Notes under the pieces: generated by a model
Told to the model about the DNA's origin: nothing
Databases searched by the model: none
What the model saw: the letters and a program-made list of their open reading frames with translations, nothing else
Source: Dehalococcoidia bacterium
Lineage (GTDB): Bacteria > Chloroflexota > Dehalococcoidia > Lucifugimonadales > Australimonadaceae
Length of the DNA: 64,000 nt
Assembly: GCA_034423175.1 (NCBI GenBank)
Contig: DAOUJA010000042.1
Coordinates: 16,610-80,609, forward strand
Reading direction: 5' to 3'
Position numbers and translations under genes: made by a program
In this document: piece by piece, positions 27,033 through 36,097 of the stretch
Position numbering within the stretch: position 1 is the first letter of the stretch
Layout of the letters: each line of letters begins with the position of its first letter

Positions 27033-28313
27033 TCAGCCGTCGGCGGGCCGGGGCCTCCGCGCGAGGAGGAGCAGCGTGCCGCCGGCCGCGCTCAGCACCG
27101 CACTGGCGGTGAAGATGTGCGCATAGCTCCCCGTGATGTCGAACGACAGCGCCGCCGCCAGCGGGCCCAGCGAGTTGCTCAACATCTGCACGGGCGAGAC
27201 CATCCCCCGTATCCCGCCTATGGAGTCCCGCCCGAAGTAGTCCGCCCACACCACGTTCATCACCGTGAACAGGATGCCCGTCGCTGTCCCGAACAGCAGC
27301 CCGAACACGAACGACAGCACCGCGTTGTCCGCGAACAGGAACAGCACGATGCTCACCGCCATGAAGTAGTAGCTCCCCGCCATCATCCGCTGAACGGGCA
27401 TCCGCTCGATGGCGAACCCTGCCGCGATGGAGACCGGCATCGATATCAGCGGCGACAGCGACAGCGAGATCACCGCCGCCTCGCTGGAGACGCCAACGTC
27501 CGTCAGGTAGGAGAACCAGTGGAAGTGGATGCTCGTCGTCACGAAACTCTGGATGCTCACTGCGCCCGCGATCAGGTAGAACGCGGGCGCCCGCAGCGCC
27601 ATCCGCCGGTTGAACGACACTTCCCCACGCACGGCCGTGGCGCGTCTCTGCTGCGATGCGTCCCGGATGTCCACGCCGTCCGGCAGCAGTCCGTAGTCTT
27701 CCGGCCGGCGCCGCAGGAAGAGGAGCGCGGGCAGCAGTGACGACGCCCATACGGTGATGCCCATGGCCACCCATGCCGTCCGCCACGTGCCCACCGTGAG
27801 GATGCGCTCCACCATCACCGGGAACGCGATCTGCCCCAGCCGCTGGCCGATGTTCGCGAACGCGCTCGCCCTGCCGCGCATCACGATGAACCACTTGGGG
27901 ATGACGACGCCGATCACCATGAAGAACGTGGACGCGATGACGGTGCGCCCCAGTATCTGGAGCGCGAAGTGGTGCCACAGCTCCTGCACCGCGCCCATCA
28001 GCACGAACGTCAGCCCCATGATGGCGATGGCGACCGACATGACGATGCGCGAGCCGTACCGGTCCATCAGCGGCCCCACGACAAGCGACGCAAGCCCGCC
28101 CATGAACGAACCGATCGACATCGGCAGCGTGTACAGGAACCGGCTCCAGCCGAACTCCTCGGTCATCGGCCCCTGGAACACGCCGAGCACAGGGTTCGTC
28201 TCCACGCCCCCCGCGAACGATATGACCGAGAGCACGGCCACGATGGTCCAGCCGTAGAACCACCGCCCCTTCCGCCGCGTCCCCGTCGCCGGACCGCTCT
28301 CAGTCTCCCGCAT
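27033..28313 (-). CDS. MFS transporter
   Basis: 426 aa, about 12 TM. The GPLMDRYGSR motif between TM2 and TM3 is typical of MFS (oxalate/formate-antiporter-like). The overlapping ORF 26986-28263 is a shadow frame. Confidence 0.8.
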   Translation of the reverse strand: MRETESGPATGTRRKGRWFYGWTIVAVLSVISFAGGVETNPVLGVFQGPMTEEFGWSRFLYTLPMSIGSFMGGLASLVVGPLMDRYGSRIVMSVAIAIMGLTFVLMGAVQELWHHFALQILGRTVIASTFFMVIGVVIPKWFIVMRGRASAFANIGQRLGQIAFPVMVERILTVGTWRTAWVAMGITVWASSLLPALLFLRRRPEDYGLLPDGVDIRDASQQRRATAVRGEVSFNRRMALRAPAFYLIAGAVSIQSFVTTSIHFHWFSYLTDVGVSSEAAVISLSLSPLISMPVSIAAGFAIERMPVQRMMAGSYYFMAVSIVLFLFADNAVLSFVFGLLFGTATGILFTVMNVVWADYFGRDSIGGIRGMVSPVQMLSNSLGPLAAALSFDITGSYAHIFTASAVLSAAGGTLLLLARRPRPADG

Positions 28314-28325
28314 GGCCCTGCCCCA

Positions 28326-29327
28326 TCAGGGCACGGCGATGATGAACTTGCCGAAGTGCTCCGACTTCTCCATCTCGTCGTGCGCGGTGGCGGTCTCGGA
28401 CAGCGGCACCGTCGCGTGGATGGCTGAGCTGATCTGTCCCTTGCCCGCGGCGTCGACGATGCGCCGCAGCTCGTCCGTCGAGCCCATGAACGTGCCGAAC
28501 ACGCGCAGCTCCTTGCTGAAGAGCTGCCCCAGGTGGATCTGTGCCTGGAACCCCGCCGTGACGCCGCAGATGCCGTACCGGCCCCCGCGCGCCAGGGCGC
28601 CGTAGGCGTCCTCGAAGAACGCAGCGCCGGTGCTGTCCACCACCAGGTCCACGCCGCGCCCGCCGGTTAGCTCCTTCATGCGCTGGCCCAGGTCCTCCAC
28701 CTTGTAGTTGATGGCATAGTCCGCGCCCAGCTCCTTGGACTTCCGTACCTTCTCGCCCGTGCTCGTCGCCGCGATGCACGTCGCGCCGACGACTCCCTTG
28801 ATGAGCTGGATGGCCGCGGTGCCGACGCCGCTGGACGAAGAGAGCACGATTGCGGTCTCGTTCGGCTGCAGCCTCCCCTCCCGCACGACGATGCCCCACG
28901 TCGGCAGGTAGATGGTGGGCAGCGCCGCAGCCTGCTCGAAGGAGAGCGAGTCGGGTATCGGCACCACGTTCTCGGCCGGAACGGCCACGAACTCCGCGTT
29001 GGACCCCTGCCGGTTCGTGCCGAGCATCTGCGGAGGGTTCGAGCCGCAGAGCGGGTTGATGACCACGCGCTGACCCTCGCTCAGATCGGTTACGTCTCCG
29101 CCCACCGCTGCGATCTCTCCGGCGCAGTCCCCGCCGAGGATGCGCGGCATGTCCTCCGGCGCAACCTTCGTGCCTCGCAGGCCCGCTCGCGTGTACAGGT
29201 CCAGCCGGTTCAGCGACGCCGCGCGCACGCGGACGAGCACCTCGCCCGGCCCGGCCTCCGGCTCCGGCATGTCGCCGTACTGGATGACGGAGGGCCCTCC
29301 GTGGTTCCGTATGAATGCTGCCTTCAC
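28326..29327 (-). CDS. zinc-type alcohol dehydrogenase / quinone oxidoreductase (MDR superfamily)
   Basis: Start set to the GTG at 29327 (AGGAGA upstream; VKAAFIRNHGGPSV). GPGEVLVRVRAASLNRLD and the nucleotide-binding SSSSGVGTAAIQL are typical of the QOR/MDR family. Confidence 0.8.
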   Translation of the reverse strand: MKAAFIRNHGGPSVIQYGDMPEPEAGPGEVLVRVRAASLNRLDLYTRAGLRGTKVAPEDMPRILGGDCAGEIAAVGGDVTDLSEGQRVVINPLCGSNPPQMLGTNRQGSNAEFVAVPAENVVPIPDSLSFEQAAALPTIYLPTWGIVVREGRLQPNETAIVLSSSSGVGTAAIQLIKGVVGATCIAATSTGEKVRKSKELGADYAINYKVEDLGQRMKELTGGRGVDLVVDSTGAAFFEDAYGALARGGRYGICGVTAGFQAQIHLGQLFSKELRVFGTFMGSTDELRRIVDAAGKGQISSAIHATVPLSETATAHDEMEKSEHFGKFIIAVP

Positions 29328-29389
29328 CGCTCGCTCTCCTGTCTCGATTCCTGCCCGCCCCTCGTGCGATGCGGGGCGCACACCCTTTC

Positions 29390-29413
29390 CCCTCTCCCTA
29401 CCAGGGGAGAGGG
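29390..29413. repeat. palindromic intergenic element CCCTCTCCC-N6-GGGAGAGGG followed by TGAGAGTGAGGG
   Basis: Perfect 9-bp inverted repeat between the DLH and QOR genes. A related element lies at 21714-21743. Confidence 0.6.
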
Positions 29414-29457
29414 TGAGAGTGAGGGTACTGCAGGGGCTGGGATGCTCGGGGTCCCCG

Positions 29458-30213
29458 CTAGCTCAGGTGCTTCGCGTAGAACGCGAACACCTTCTCCCAG
29501 CCGTCCTTGGCCTGCTCCGGACGGTGCGACGTGCCCGCCCAGTTGAAGAACGCGTGCCCCGCGCCGTCGTAGCGGTGGAACTCGTACTCCTTCCCGTGCT
29601 TCTGCAGCTCCGCCTCTATGGCGTTCACCTGCTCGATGTCCGGGTTGCCGTCGTCGTTCCCGAACAACCCCAGGACAGGGCACCCCATACTCGGGGTCAT
29701 GTCGATGACCGGCGTCGGCTGGTTCTCGTTGATGCGGTCCGGCGTGGGGATCACGTTGCCGCCCCAGCAGTCCACCGCCGCGTCCAGCTCAAGGTTGCAG
29801 CCCGCCATGTAGGCGACCCGCCCGCCGGAGCAGAAGCCGATGATGCCGACCTTGCCCGTCGCGTCGTCGCGTGAGCGGATGTAGTCCAGCGCGCCCTGCA
29901 GGTCGCCGAGGACGAACGCGTCGCGCTGTCCGCCGTCGTCGCGGATGCGGGCCGACATCTCAGAGGGCGTGCCTGGGCCCATGCGGTGGTGCAGGTTCGG
30001 GCAGACCGCCAGGTAGCCGTGGTGGGCGAACCGGCGCGTCACCTCTATGCACCACTCGTCCCATCCCGGCATGTGATGCGCCACGAGCACCGTTCCGAAG
30101 GGGCCGGGGCCTTCCGGCCTCGCCACGTACGCGTCAATCTCGTCGCCGTTGTGTCCGGTGATCTGGACCGTCTGAGTCGTCATTCCCGGGTGCAGGACCG
30201 TTACTGCTGCCAT
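29458..30213 (-). CDS. dienelactone hydrolase family protein
   Basis: 251 aa alpha/beta hydrolase. Cys nucleophile elbow IIGFCSGGR and DLH-type VAHHMPGWDEW / YDGAGHAF blocks. Confidence 0.8.
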   Translation of the reverse strand: MAAVTVLHPGMTTQTVQITGHNGDEIDAYVARPEGPGPFGTVLVAHHMPGWDEWCIEVTRRFAHHGYLAVCPNLHHRMGPGTPSEMSARIRDDGGQRDAFVLGDLQGALDYIRSRDDATGKVGIIGFCSGGRVAYMAGCNLELDAAVDCWGGNVIPTPDRINENQPTPVIDMTPSMGCPVLGLFGNDDGNPDIEQVNAIEAELQKHGKEYEFHRYDGAGHAFFNWAGTSHRPEQAKDGWEKVFAFYAKHLS

Positions 30214-30259
30214 GTGCTTCCCTCCTCTGTCTTGCTGCTGCGTATCCTACGCCAAGCGC

Positions 30260-30649
30260 CTACTCCACGTAGGCGACCGCCTCTATCTCAAGGATGAACT
30301 CGGGCCTCGCGAGGCGCGAGACCACCAGGAGCGTACTCGTCGGCGGCTTCTCCGGCCGGTACCGCGACCTCGCCTCGCGCACCGCCTCCAGGTGCTCCTC
30401 CCCCACGACGTACACCGTCGTCTTGACGATGTCCTCGAACCTCCCGCCGACCGACTCGACCGCGAGGCGCAGGTTCTTCATCACCTGCCCCACCTGCGCG
30501 GCGGGGTCGTCGATGCCGACTACGTCGCCGTTCTCGTCGGAGGCGGTCTGTCCCGCGATGAAGACCCACGGCCCGACCTTCACGACGTGCGTGTAGCGGC
30601 CTCCGTTGGGGGACATGCCTTCCGGTTGCAGATGCTCTACGTTCGCCAT
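30260..30649 (-). CDS. ridA: RidA family (YjgF/UK114) enamine/imine deaminase
   Basis: 129 aa. GQTASDENGDVVG..., TTVYV and C-terminal ILEIEAVA are typical of the RidA family. Confidence 0.85.
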   Translation of the reverse strand: MANVEHLQPEGMSPNGGRYTHVVKVGPWVFIAGQTASDENGDVVGIDDPAAQVGQVMKNLRLAVESVGGRFEDIVKTTVYVVGEEHLEAVREARSRYRPEKPPTSTLLVVSRLARPEFILEIEAVAYVE

Positions 30650-30714
30650 TCCTACCCTCCTCTGCGTTGGTGTCGGCCGCGCTCACCCGGGCCGGGAGGA
30701 GCAACCCCTGCCCG

Positions 30715-32979
30715 TTACATCCGGATACCGAGTTCCCGCAGCGCGGCATCCGTGCCGGAGGACAACGCCAGGCCTTCAGTCACGCCCCGCGCGAGTGCAT
30801 AGCTCAGCGCACTGAGCATCTCGGCAGACGGCGCTTCGCCCTCCGCGCGGTGCGCGGCAGCCTCGGTGAGTGTCTCGTAGGAGCGTTCGAGGCTCCAGCA
30901 GAAGGAGAGCAGGCGCGCTGCTTCCCACTCGGACCGCGGGGGTGGAATGTCGGTCAGGTCGATGAGGTCGTTGACGACCTTCGTATAGCGCAGGATGCCG
31001 GTGCGCTCGTTCTCGGGCGAGCCGTAGAAGCGGCGGTAGCGCAGCGCGTCGATCCGGCGCACGTACTCTTCCTCGCCGTAGACGTTGCGCGGCAGCCATT
31101 CGGCGCGCAGGTCGAGCACCTCGTTTCCCGATGCGTCCGTCACGGCGGCGGCGACCTCGGAGCCGATGTAGGGGTCATACTCGTACTTCGCGGCATTGCG
31201 GAGTACGGCCTCCTGCAGCGCCAGCGTCACCTCGCGCGGGATCTTCCGGTACAGCCGGCCCTCCGCCGCGTCGTTGGTGTCCGCGCCGAGGCCGCCGGTG
31301 TTGAAGGCGTAGAACTCCTGCCGCACGCCGTCCGCCTGCATCCGCCGGAGGATGTCGTACAGCAGGTTCGCGTTGTCGTCCTCCAGCCCGATGATGAACG
31401 GGTCCGAGAAGTACTCCACGTACGGCCTGCCGATCGCGCCGGCGGCGGCGCCCATCTGCACGGCCTCGCCGTACATCAGGACGCGCACGTACTGCTCCAG
31501 GCTGAGCCTGCGCAGCGGCGGGATGACGGTGTTCTCCCGCATCACTGCCTGCCAGATGATGCGGTGCATGTGCTGCATCGGAACGTGCGCCGCCTCCGTG
31601 AGCGACCCGCCCGTCACGCGGCTGATGACTTCCGCAACGCCCTTCCGCTGCAGCAGTCGGCGCCGAGACAGCACCATGCGCATGTTCCGCGTGGGGTTCT
31701 GCGAGAAGTCCGGCTCGCCGCTCCCGGGGTCGGCGACGACGTTCTCCAGCGTTTCCTGCGGGTTCGGTTCGCCGGGCGCGCCCCGCACGACGTCGTACGT
31801 CACGGGGTCGTCCTCCCGGGTGAGGCCGGACGGGACGGCGTAGAAGTTGTTCTCCGTGCCGTCTATGCCGTAGGCGTAGGTGACGCGCTGCCCGCCCAGG
31901 TCCGCCTCTACCGGCTCGGCCAGCGGCTGGAGCAGGATGATGTCGTCGTTCATGGGGTAGACCCCTTCCTCGGGGTCCGGTGAGAGCGACAGGCGGGAGG
32001 CCAGTTCGCTGTTCGCAAGCTCGATCATGATGGTGAGCGTGCTCTTGCCGTGGAGCGACGGCCCCGTCGTGACGACGGCGGCGTTGTTCATGCTGCCGTC
32101 CAGGGCGCGGATCCGGGCGACGCTCAGCGCCGCCTGCAGTGCGAGCCCCCCGTTCGTCTTCGTCTGGTGCATGGCGATGCTGAGCGGGCCCATCTTGTGC
32201 TCGCCCACGTAGTCGAAACCGAGGTGCAGCGACAGCCCGCGCGTCGGCGCCTTGAATACGAGCCGCGTGAGGCCCTGTGCCCTCACCTCGTCCCGCACGT
32301 CCGCGGGCAGGTCGAGCACCTCCAGCCACTCCGGGATGGAGAACTCCACGATCTGCGGGGCGCCCGTACGCTCTTCCTCCGGCAGCTCGAACGTGAGCTG
32401 CCGCCACATGTACGGCAATTGCGGGTAGCGCGCGCCCACGACCAGCTGCCGCGCGTGGAACGAGCGCCCCGGCGCGTCGCATATCCGGCGGTCGGACTGC
32501 ACGACGGTCTCGCCCGCGTCGAGCCATGCGCCGAGCTTCGCGGTGATGACCGGCAGGATGCGGCAGAAGAGCCGCTGGTCGTCGTGCCCGAACTCGAGGG
32601 AATCGCGGTTCGGCGTGAAGCCGTCCATCAGGTAGCGCGTGAGGTGGGGCTGCCGCGCGACCCCGCGCTGGCTGTAGAAAGCGAAACCGCCGGAGTTCAG
32701 CCGGACGACCGCCTCCGGGCCTGCGCGTCCTGCCGCCCTGCCCTCCGCGTTCGCGGCGGCGGCCTCCTCCGCGATGCTCCGCCACTCGTCGAGCGCTGCG
32801 CCGCGGTCGGCGTCCGGCAACGTCCCCAGCTCCCGCATGCGGGAGACGAGCCAGTCGTCGCTGGGGTTGAACAGTTCGCTGCCCGAGGAGTGGCCGCGTT
32901 TCGCGAGGTCGATGAGTTCGTCGAGCGCGGCACTGAACTCGGGCAGCACCTGGGGTGGGGCTTGGTCTGTCTGGCTCAC
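30715..32979 (-). CDS. divergent PEPCK(ATP)-fold P-loop protein with long N- and C-terminal extensions (function unknown)
   Basis: GTG start at 32979 overlaps the stop of the upstream Rieske gene (GTGA). The central region aligns by eye to ATP-dependent PEP carboxykinase blocks. TGPSLHGKSTLT matches GLSGTGKTT. YPMNDDIILL matches LIGDDEHGW. TENNFYAV matches FEGGCYAK. TLENVVAD...TRNMRMV matches LENV...TENTR. VIPPLRRLSLEQYVRVLMYG matches VLPPVSRLTxxQxxYHFLSG. YAFNTGGLG matches YLVNTGWNG. At 754 aa it is about 200 aa longer than PckA. Confidence 0.6.
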   Translation of the reverse strand: MSQTDQAPPQVLPEFSAALDELIDLAKRGHSSGSELFNPSDDWLVSRMRELGTLPDADRGAALDEWRSIAEEAAAANAEGRAAGRAGPEAVVRLNSGGFAFYSQRGVARQPHLTRYLMDGFTPNRDSLEFGHDDQRLFCRILPVITAKLGAWLDAGETVVQSDRRICDAPGRSFHARQLVVGARYPQLPYMWRQLTFELPEEERTGAPQIVEFSIPEWLEVLDLPADVRDEVRAQGLTRLVFKAPTRGLSLHLGFDYVGEHKMGPLSIAMHQTKTNGGLALQAALSVARIRALDGSMNNAAVVTTGPSLHGKSTLTIMIELANSELASRLSLSPDPEEGVYPMNDDIILLQPLAEPVEADLGGQRVTYAYGIDGTENNFYAVPSGLTREDDPVTYDVVRGAPGEPNPQETLENVVADPGSGEPDFSQNPTRNMRMVLSRRRLLQRKGVAEVISRVTGGSLTEAAHVPMQHMHRIIWQAVMRENTVIPPLRRLSLEQYVRVLMYGEAVQMGAAAGAIGRPYVEYFSDPFIIGLEDDNANLLYDILRRMQADGVRQEFYAFNTGGLGADTNDAAEGRLYRKIPREVTLALQEAVLRNAAKYEYDPYIGSEVAAAVTDASGNEVLDLRAEWLPRNVYGEEEYVRRIDALRYRRFYGSPENERTGILRYTKVVNDLIDLTDIPPPRSEWEAARLLSFCWSLERSYETLTEAAAHRAEGEAPSAEMLSALSYALARGVTEGLALSSGTDAALRELGIRM

Positions 32980-34349
32980 GTGGCCTGCGCCTGCTCCACC
33001 GCCTCTTCCATCCGGCGGTGAAGTTCGCCCACCAGCGGGATGGCCGGGCCGTAGCGGTCGGACTCCCAGACGGCGCCGCCCTTGTGGTACTGCGCGCGGG
33101 TGTTGCGCGTCAGCTCGGGGACGTCCTTCGCCCAGTCGGGGTTCAGCCACGCGTCCGCGGGCCTGCCGCCTCCGTACAGGATGGCTATCTCTCCGCCGTC
33201 GTGCGGGAGAGCGTCGATGTCGGCCTCGTCGCGGAAGACGTTCATCGGGTCGCCGCCCTCCTCAACGACGCGCATCTGCTCGTCCAGCTGGCGGCGGAGG
33301 AAGACGACCGGGATGTCGGTGCGCCCGAGGTTCTCCGCGGTGCGGTCGGTGAGCGGTCCCTGCGCCCACCAGCCGATGAAGTCCTGGTTGAGGATGCAGT
33401 CCAGGACGGGCTTGCCGTCCTCGTCGTAGATCGGCACCTCGTAGTAGGGCACCTTGTCCTGTTTCGGGGCTTCGACGCCGGGCGGCGCCGCGTAGGTGTT
33501 GTAGGAGATGTGGTAGGTGTGCTCGTCGTCTATGGGCACGCGGATCTGGAACTCGCTCCAGGGCGCGCCCGCGGCGTTCTGCTCGGTGTAGAACGGGAAG
33601 ATGACGGTGGAGTGGCGGGACTTCTTGTCCGCCGGAGCGCCGAGCTCCTTGGAGAAGATGACGCCCTTCTCCATGCCGTACTGCGTGGGGTGGACGTACA
33701 GGTCCTTGATGCCCACGCCCTGCTCCATGAACGACTTGCTCATCCGCGCGAGGCGGTCGTGGTCGCCCATCTTCTCCAGGATGTACTGGAACTGGTAGCC
33801 GTGGAGCCAGACGCCGTGCGTGGGGTCGCCGGTGTTCTCCTGGCACTGGAGCCAGTTGGCGTTGAGGACGGCGATGCCCATCTGCCGGACGGAGTTGGGC
33901 CAGACGAAGAGGTCCCACGGCGGCAGCAGCGGCGCGGGCTGCGGGCCCATGTAGGCGAAGAGCAGGCCGCCCATCTCCCTCACCGGGTAGCCGGGGAGCT
34001 TCAGCCTGTCCTTGAACATGTCGCGCCGGGCCTCGAGCGGAGCGTCGACGCATGCGCCGGTCTCGTCATACATCCAGCCGTGGTACGGGCAGCGGAGCCC
34101 GTTCTCATCCGGGATACCCCATCGCAGGTCGACGGCGCGGTGCATGCACCGCTGGCCGATCAGGCCGATGTTGCCGGACCTGTCGCGGTAGCAGGTGAGG
34201 TCCTCGCCCAGCAGGCGGACGGCCTGCACGGGGTCCTCGTCGAGCTTCGCGCTGGGCAGGAAAGGCACCCAGTAGCGGCGCAGCAACTCGCCACCCGGCG
34301 TGCCGGGGCCGACACGAGCCAACCGATCGTTCTGTTCCGCAGTCAGCAT
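32976..34349 (-). CDS. Rieske [2Fe-2S] non-heme-iron oxygenase, alpha-subunit type (phthalate-family / class IA-like)
   Basis: Trimmed to the ATG at 34349 (GGGAGGG RBS). Rieske motif CMHR-x16-CPYHGW and mononuclear iron motif DPTHGVWLH (D-x2-H-x4-H). No beta subunit, ferredoxin or reductase gene is nearby. Confidence 0.85.
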   Translation of the reverse strand: MLTAEQNDRLARVGPGTPGGELLRRYWVPFLPSAKLDEDPVQAVRLLGEDLTCYRDRSGNIGLIGQRCMHRAVDLRWGIPDENGLRCPYHGWMYDETGACVDAPLEARRDMFKDRLKLPGYPVREMGGLLFAYMGPQPAPLLPPWDLFVWPNSVRQMGIAVLNANWLQCQENTGDPTHGVWLHGYQFQYILEKMGDHDRLARMSKSFMEQGVGIKDLYVHPTQYGMEKGVIFSKELGAPADKKSRHSTVIFPFYTEQNAAGAPWSEFQIRVPIDDEHTYHISYNTYAAPPGVEAPKQDKVPYYEVPIYDEDGKPVLDCILNQDFIGWWAQGPLTDRTAENLGRTDIPVVFLRRQLDEQMRVVEEGGDPMNVFRDEADIDALPHDGGEIAILYGGGRPADAWLNPDWAKDVPELTRNTRAQYHKGGAVWESDRYGPAIPLVGELHRRMEEAVEQAQAT

Positions 34350-34428
34350 GTTCACACCCTCCCTGGCGGGCTTTCGGCGCAAGCATACCACTCCGCGCGC
34401 GGCGCGCGCGAGGCTCCTGAGCAGGCAC

Positions 34429-35835
34429 TCATACCCAGATGTCCAGCGACGGCGGTTCCATGAAGGCGAGCGCGAGTGCATCCGCGCGGTCGGGGGAGGC
34501 GATGCCGCGCTTGCGGAGCTTCGCCTTGCTCTCCAACCGGATGCGCCCGGTGGAGGAGACGTCGTAGCGAAGGGCGAGGAGCTGGCCCACGAGAACGGAG
34601 TCGTTGGGGATGGCGGCGGCATCCTCGCGGAGGAGGCGGGCGACCTCCCAGAAGATCTCGGCGCGGAGGTCGGCGAACTGGGAGGGACGCCGGGCCTTGC
34701 CGCCCACGTCCACGCCGATGACGGGGACGCCGAGCTGGGAGAGCCGGTCGACGACGCCGGCGCCGACGCCCGTACCGTCCACGAAGACGGCGGGGACTTC
34801 GAGGGCGTCGGACCAGCCCTTCACCTCGTCGGCGACCTGCATGTTGTCGAGGCCGCGCTTGAGGGGGATGAGGCGCTCGACGCGGTAGCCGCGCCGGATG
34901 CAGATGACGGACTCGTCGGCGCCGAAGCGCGCGACGTCCACGCCCATGCGGTAGGGGAGGCGCTCCGAGCCCTCACCCGCCGCGCTGTCGCGCAGCGACC
35001 TCTCCCCGGGGGAGAGGCTGGAAGGCGACGTTCCTGCCTCCGCAGGAACGACGGCAGTGGCTTCGTGGCGGGCGATGGCGCGGTCGACGTGGTTGCGGGT
35101 GGTGAGGGAGTCCTCGAGGGCGTCGGGGAACTGTCCGAGGACGGACGCGATGTAGAGCGGGGAGTCGTCTCCCCAGTCGCGCCGGTGGTGCTCGACGTCC
35201 GCGGGGGTGACGAGGCCGGGGACGCGGAAGCGCTTGCGTCGGAAGTTGGGGGAGTCGAACGCGGAGATGGTGATCTGGTGGTAGAGGGCGGACTTGGCGT
35301 GGTGGGACTCGTAGAGCTCGCCCTCGTGGGAGAGGGGGTTGCCGATGAGGAGCACCTTGGCGGGGTTGAGGCGCTTGAGGGCCTCCATGTAGGCCTGCTT
35401 GACGCCCTGGGCCTCCGTGACGACGACGAGGAGGTTGGGGGAGTGGAAGCCCTGGATGTTGTGGTGGGAGTTGGAGGAGAAGGCGATGGCGAAGCGGTCG
35501 TCGTCGATGACGTACTTGTTCTCGGTGACCTTGCCGGGGAGCGCGTCGCCGGCGGCGGCGACCGCGAGCCGGAGCTCGTGCCAGAGGATGTCCTTGATCT
35601 GACGGAGCGTGGGGCCGGTGACGACGACCTTGGCGTGGGGACGCGTGTGGAGCCACCAGACGATGGCGCGCGCGGCTGCCCAGTCCTTGCCGGACGAGTT
35701 GCACGCGGCGACGGAGACGCGGGGGTGCTTTGCGAGGGCTTTCAAGATCTCCTCCTGCTTGTCGTAGGGTTTGCCCGCTGCGCCGAGGATGTCCTTGACG
35801 AAGCCGACGGGGTTGTTCCAGTAACGAGCAAACAT
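34429..35835 (-). CDS. phage terminase large-subunit homologue (ATPase + RNaseH-like nuclease domains), solitary
   Basis: 468 aa. Walker A-like AACNSSGKDW, Walker B-like LLVVVTEAQG, nuclease-domain blocks MGVDVARFGADESV and SPDRADALALAF. No other phage genes are in the window, and GC and GC3 look host-like. Confidence 0.75.
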   Translation of the reverse strand: MFARYWNNPVGFVKDILGAAGKPYDKQEEILKALAKHPRVSVAACNSSGKDWAAARAIVWWLHTRPHAKVVVTGPTLRQIKDILWHELRLAVAAAGDALPGKVTENKYVIDDDRFAIAFSSNSHHNIQGFHSPNLLVVVTEAQGVKQAYMEALKRLNPAKVLLIGNPLSHEGELYESHHAKSALYHQITISAFDSPNFRRKRFRVPGLVTPADVEHHRRDWGDDSPLYIASVLGQFPDALEDSLTTRNHVDRAIARHEATAVVPAEAGTSPSSLSPGERSLRDSAAGEGSERLPYRMGVDVARFGADESVICIRRGYRVERLIPLKRGLDNMQVADEVKGWSDALEVPAVFVDGTGVGAGVVDRLSQLGVPVIGVDVGGKARRPSQFADLRAEIFWEVARLLREDAAAIPNDSVLVGQLLALRYDVSSTGRIRLESKAKLRKRGIASPDRADALALAFMEPPSLDIWV

Positions 35836-35867
35836 GGCCTTCCTCGACCCGATACGCCTTCTCGACC

Positions 35868-35902
35868 CCGTTAACGCAAAAAAGCCGCCTGGCCTTGTGC
35901 TG
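35868..35902 (-). terminator. intrinsic (rho-independent) terminator on the minus strand
   Basis: Minus strand reads AGCCGCTTGG-CAGCACAAGG-CCAGGCGGCT followed by TTTTTT. The stem is 10 bp with one G:U pair. It lies 33 nt upstream of the terminase-like start codon. Confidence 0.5.
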
Positions 35903-36097
35903 CCAAGCGGCTCGTCCGCTCTGCCCGGGGTCCGTGGGGGTTGTGGGACCTATGACGTTAGTATGACATATGCGCGTCGTCTACGCAATAGGGCGGGTGG
36001 CGTGTACTCGGCAGGAGCGGGCTGCCCACGGCCTCATGCTATCCTCTACAACCCGAGGATGGGCGGTTGGACAGAGTTTAGAGGAGGAGAGATCGAT

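Noticed and set aside
34392-34412. Alternating CGCGCGCGGCGCGCGCG palindrome between the terminase-like and Rieske genes as a regulatory hairpin or terminator.
   Set aside because: It is a very short loop-less GC palindrome without a U-tract. It cannot be distinguished from compositional noise without transcript data.
35840-36000. Direct repeat of the tRNA-Pro 3' end (att site) at the left edge of the low-GC patch.
   Set aside because: Only a 9-nt partial match (CCCGGGGTC vs CCCGGGGCC) was seen, which is not distinguishable from chance in GC-rich DNA. No integrase gene is present.
35834-36097. N-terminal 88-aa extension of the DUF4145 ORF (track start 35834).
   Set aside because: The region is GC-rich spacer containing a minus-strand terminator. 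A strong RBS precedes the internal ATG at 36098, where composition drops and protein-like sequence begins.
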